Source: a virus. From it: a DNA stretch of 64,000 bases. Each line of letters begins with the position of its first letter. Position 1 is the stretch's first letter. This document shows positions 59,333-64,000 of this stretch, in pieces. The notes below the pieces were generated by a model, which worked only from the letters and a program-made list of their open reading frames with translations, ran no database searches and was not told the origin of the DNA. Location of the stretch: the IMG/VR virus record IMGVR_UViG_3300044620_000592, positions 41,670-105,669 of that record; one strand, written 5' to 3'. Made by a program: the position numbers and the translations under genes.

Positions 59333-60826
59333 TTAAACTAAATCCAATGGGATTGTTGTTGTTTGCTGATTAGCAATTTCTTGAGCACGAAGAACTTCTC
59401 TAGCCTTTTCCGCTTCAATAGCGTCAGCGTATTGCGTAAGTTCTAACTGAAACTGTTGGCGAAGGCTAGGAGCAATCTCTGCAATAATCTCAGACTTAGC
59501 ATCTTCAATCATTTTCTTTGTATTAGCCTTATCAATAGCGCTAACAATGTCTGCTACGAATTCTTCATCTTTAAGAAGAAGATAACGTATTGCTTTCTTC
59601 ACAGTTGAAGTTGCAAGATCACCAGTTGTGCAATGAGTAACAGGACTATATGCGCGCATCAATTGCTGAAGCTTTTCCTCAACATCAATCTCTTCAACAT
59701 ACTCAGACCAATCTGTTTCGCGAACTACGTCTCTTACAGTATCTTCAATGTCAATATTATAGTCAAACCATGTCTGAATTTTTCCGTCAAGGTCAACTTC
59801 ATCAATTGCATCCTCAATCTTTTCATCAAGAATTTCACTAACTTTTTCATCAAGGTCTTGCAAGATTGCTTCGGAAAGAGTTTCCAAACCATCTTCGCTA
59901 ATATCGAGTGTTACATTTAATCTATTCATTTTCTTATTTCTTTCTATTATTGTTCTGTGTCTACAATTTGTATTGCAAAATCCCAAAGATAGGAATTTTC
60001 ACTAATTTTTCTCTGAGCATGGTCGCCCCAATCTTGCCAATGATAAAACATATTTCTTACATATCCATCATTGTCAACTCTAACTTCAATCCAATCTGCT
60101 GGTCCACCTCCAGATAAAATAATTTTAATTACTTTAAATGATTCAATACCGGCAGGAAATTCATTAAGCTCTCTCAATGCATTTTCTACATCTTCAGACG
60201 AAGATTCATTGTCTCCAATAATGTCATTTAGATTTTCTAAATAAGCATTTCGGTCTTCCATATGTGAATCAATTACTTGTTCACAAGTTTTCTTTTTTGT
60301 TTCCATTTTACATTCCTAAATATTCTAGTAGGTTCTTTTCAAATTCCTCTAATGATTTTGAGTACTGAAGCATCTTTGCAAGGTCGTTTTTAACGCCATT
60401 CAATATACTAAATAAAGAGGAGACTTTTTCTTGCTGACAAAATTCATAGAAGAATATATAATCATTGGCCGTAGCAGTAACATATGCCATTTTTGAAGGA
60501 GTATGATCAACTGTATAAAAAGGCACAAGCCAACCTCCATTTCGACCTTCAAGCGTATATCCACCATAACCATAAATATGACATACTTCAGAAGCTGTAT
60601 TAAAAAATGATTCAGTAGCTAAATCATAAGCTTGAATATATTCTTCATCACTCATCAAACGAGTAACGCCATGATATTTAATATTCATAGCATATTTACC
60701 TTCGTGAGTAGTAACTGAATATTTATTCTTATAACCAATTACTGTAAGAAATGCTTCATTCACTTTCATATACCTTTCCATTAGCAGCTTTAAAGCCTTT
60801 GTCGTATTCTTTTGAAATATCAACAC
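59333..60826 (-). other. hypothetical CDSs (59333..59986, 59947..60306, 60308..60826)
   Basis: Contiguous acidic ORFs. Confidence 0.65.
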
Positions 60827-61250
60827 CAGTTATTGAACCAGTATATTGAACTTCTTCCTCACTTGGAGGCATATACTCTTTCGTTTTTGCATGCCAAAAA
60901 CCAACAGCATACCAATATTTTTCTACCGAGCTTGTCATACTCTATTTTCCATTCTGACATTTTTAATAATCATCCTTATCTTGCTCACTGGCTTTTCTTT
61001 TTCCTTGGCCTATTCTTTTTCTTTTTGATAACAAAAGGAATGTTCAATGCTTTTTTAATCTCGGAGATTGTTACCTTTACATCAAAATTAAGATTTTCAT
61101 CCATCTGAATACTTCTCAATTTCGCTGTATGTATAACTAATGTTTCCTAGAAATGTTGGAATTGAATTCCTTTCTTCTAAGATGTCAGCAATTTGTTTTG
61201 CTTCATTCATAGAAGTTAGATCAAGTATTGTTTCATTAATAACTTTAATT

Positions 61251-61547
61251 TTAAACTTTGTTGTTGTCATTTACTTTTACCGTTGTAATAGATACGTCTC
61301 TAGCAGTAACTGTTTGAGTTCGCAAAAGTTTAATTCTTTCCTTTGGGGTGAGTCCTCCCCAAACCCCAAAGGCTTCATCATTCTTTAGTGCATACTCAAG
61401 GCATTCACTTTTAACTGTGCAAATATTGCAGAATGCTTTTACATCATTCGCTTGCTTTACAGCACCCTTTGTGCCAGGTTCAGGGTAAAACAATTCTGTA
61501 TCTTGTCCTAAACATGCAGCATTTAAACGCCAATTTTCATTACTCAT
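61251..61547 (-). CDS. whiB: WhiB family transcription factor
   Basis: WRLNAAC...FYP...C..C.V...C...GVWGG. Confidence 0.92.
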   Translation of the reverse strand: MSNENWRLNAACLGQDTELFYPEPGTKGAVKQANDVKAFCNICTVKSECLEYALKNDEAFGVWGGLTPKERIKLLRTQTVTARDVSITTVKVNDNNKV

Positions 61548-62370
61548 TTACATCCCAATAAGGTAGTGATTTTGATTCTTCCCGCATAACAGGAAGAACT
61601 TCTTTTTGCAGAAACTCATAATACTCATCAACATTAAAGCCATCTACAATGAGATTACTAATGATATTAGAGTAGTTAAAACAAAGACCAAGGATTACTC
61701 CAAACATCTTATCTTCAACTAATACGGGTTCTCCTTCTTCATCTTGATAACAGATATTTACGCAATTCATCATGAATTCCATTCTGCTTTCATCAGATGT
61801 AAAATCAGTCTTTGACATAAGCCCAACAATTTGTTCAAGAACCATATGTGATTCTGAACCATCAGTCATACCATCAGCCATAGATGATTTCATTTTTTCA
61901 ATGTGATTAAAATCTTCTTCGTTAAACATCTATCCCTTTCAGTCGTTAAAGAATTCAATAAATGCATCATTAAGTGAACCAGTAGCATCACCGTAATCAT
62001 AAACTGGTTCATCAGGTGAATCAGAGAAGTTAAGAATACTTCCAATCAAACCCTTTTCAGAATTTGAACCGGAGATAATAAGCTTAACCCTACGCCTTTC
62101 TGGATGCTTACTTGGAGCTCCATCTACTTCTCCATCTGCATTCAAAGGCGCAGCCCAACCCCAAGTTACAATTGAAAGATAATCAAATGACTTTGCATTA
62201 TCTGTATCTTCAAGGCTTTCAATAAGGTCATACACATCAGCACAGCGACCAATAACCTCATGAGTAAGAGTATCCCCATTCTGATGCAAACCATATGCAA
62301 TAGCAGATGATCCATCTTTGTCAAAGTTGAGCGTATTATTAATAAGCTCTAGTGTTTTAAAATTTTCCAT
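61540..62370 (-). other. two hypothetical CDSs (61540..61929, 61939..62370)
   Basis: ORF track; coupled. Confidence 0.65.
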
Positions 62371-62384
62371 TTTTCTTTTCTTTC

Positions 62385-62921
62385 TTAATTGTTGTTAATA
62401 TATTGGTCAAAGAGATATTCTTCATCAAAGTATGATGAAATAAGTTCTGCTTGGTAATTTTCTTTTCTTTCACCAGAACCCCATATTGCACTTCCACAAA
62501 AGCCCATACCGCATTCTTCATAGTAAATGCAGAATAAAAGGTTAGGGTAATCTTCAGAAATTTTGTCAAATGCTTCTAATGGCGGAGCCCAAGCACTTTC
62601 AAAATTAAAAGCAATTGTTGCTGTACCATCTGAATTCTCAGTATAATCTTGACCTGTATGCAAATCAGATTCCGGCCATTTGGTTCCCCATTTGTCAATT
62701 CGCCAGTCATACCAACTCTTATAACCAAACTTTTCTTGATTGGCTAATTGTTGTTCATCTGGATTCATTGATACATCACCTATATTCAATTCCTCAGGAG
62801 TTGGATAAAGCTTTTCTAAAAGTGAATATTCATCTTCACCAATGGTAATTACTTCCATTAGCTTTTTCATATCTTCTTGCCTGCCATGAATAGACAAGTT
62901 ATTACTACACCAATTAGGCAT
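62385..62921 (-). CDS. DUF1281/YubB-like ferredoxin-fold protein
   Basis: MPNWCSN...WYDWRIDKWGTKW...FESAWAPP. Confidence 0.75.
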   Translation of the reverse strand: MPNWCSNNLSIHGRQEDMKKLMEVITIGEDEYSLLEKLYPTPEELNIGDVSMNPDEQQLANQEKFGYKSWYDWRIDKWGTKWPESDLHTGQDYTENSDGTATIAFNFESAWAPPLEAFDKISEDYPNLLFCIYYEECGMGFCGSAIWGSGERKENYQAELISSYFDEEYLFDQYINNN

Positions 62922-63473
62922 TTTCTTCTACTTTCTTGTTTTGATAATTTGCATTTGCACACTGATAACAGATTTTTTCTGTAAGTTCAACGCAACCTAA
63001 AATCCAAGCATCAGTTCCTGAATAAACAAGATTCTCAGTTGTACCACATTCAATACATATTTTAGTCATTTTCTTTTTCTTCTTTCTCAAAGAGTGAATC
63101 CCAATCGGACTTCACATATTTAACATTACCTTCATCATCAACATATGCTGTTAATACCATTGTTGCACTAAAAAGTGCATTGTTTTCATTTTCCATTTTC
63201 TTCTTCCTTTTCGAAGTCTGTTTGATTTTCGTAATAAACTAAATAACATCCCCAACACATTGGGTTCTGTACATCAGAAATATCACAACATAATTCTGTT
63301 TTAAATTTCATCATCTTCATCTATAATCATAGGTCCATCTCCCATTTCACATTTACCACAAAGCAAATCTGGGCCCCACCATGAACCAATAAAAGTACCG
63401 TGTTCACAATATTGAGACTTATCATTTCTGTCCCAATCGTATTCATCACCGTATTGATAATCATCTTCCATTT

Positions 63474-63983
63474 TTAATCCTCAAATAATTTTAATTGGTT
63501 AGGGTTTTCTTTTACCGGGAATATTGGTCTATCAAAACCTTGTTCATCACACCATTCATTCCACTCTCCCCATCTTTCGGGGTTACACAAATTAGAATTT
63601 AAAATTGCTTTTAAAACATCATTGTCTTTAATTTCACAATGTTGATACAGTTCAACACCCATATTGTTTGCTAATTCATAATACAATTCCTCAGCCCAAT
63701 TTTCTTTTTCTGGATTAATCATGTTCTTCAAATAATCTTCCATATTATTAAACATATCAACCATTTCTGCATGCTCCATTTCTAAATAATGATCTTCATT
63801 AGCAATTGAATACTCATCCAATTCGTTATGCCAAGTCATCGCAGCAATAAAAGCATTAGTAATGTTTTCTTCAACAACATCACCTGGACTTTTAAGGATA
63901 CGGCAAACCAAACGATCAACTGAATTAACAGCCCAATGCTTATAAGTTTCAATTCTAAAATCATTAGGATATCGCTTAATCAA
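63474..63983 (-). CDS. hypothetical protein (may start beyond the window)
   Basis: ORF track. Confidence 0.55.
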   Translation of the reverse strand: MIKRYPNDFRIETYKHWAVNSVDRLVCRILKSPGDVVEENITNAFIAAMTWHNELDEYSIANEDHYLEMEHAEMVDMFNNMEDYLKNMINPEKENWAEELYYELANNMGVELYQHCEIKDNDVLKAILNSNLCNPERWGEWNEWCDEQGFDRPIFPVKENPNQLKLFED

Positions 63984-64000
63984 ATCATTTGATATAACTT

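Overview
The whole window looks like part of a large, AT-rich, long-tailed (siphovirus-type) phage genome. WhiB, leaderless promoters, a canonical parS and a LexA-like box suggest an actinobacterial host. 1-27.5 kb (minus strand) is the virion module: tape measure (runs off the left edge), tail chaperones with a -1 frameshift, tail tube, head-tail connectors, a halogenase/2OG-Fe(II) oxygenase block, tail fibres, lysis genes, major capsid, prohead protease-scaffold and portal. 27.6-39.8 kb holds nucleotide metabolism and accessory genes (class II RNR, glycosyltransferase, ThyX, HslV-like protease, cytochrome P450, tRNA-Gln). 49.4-64 kb (minus strand) holds many small hypothetical genes, four tRNAs, HNH, KTSC, a GHKL-like ATPase and WhiB. 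The most unusual part is about 39.9-49.3 kb. It is a gene-sparse array of about 12 single-gene or two-gene cassettes (promoter, small ORF, GC-rich terminator). The cassettes are separated by mutually related spacers carrying more than 60 copies, counted by eye, of a 12-bp palindrome TGTAA(T/C)ATTACA, about 20 same-strand CTTTATG motifs and recurring hairpins. The array also contains a perfect parS, a family of three paralogous RGR-motif proteins and structured RNA candidates. All calls come from reading the sequence by eye; no searches were run.
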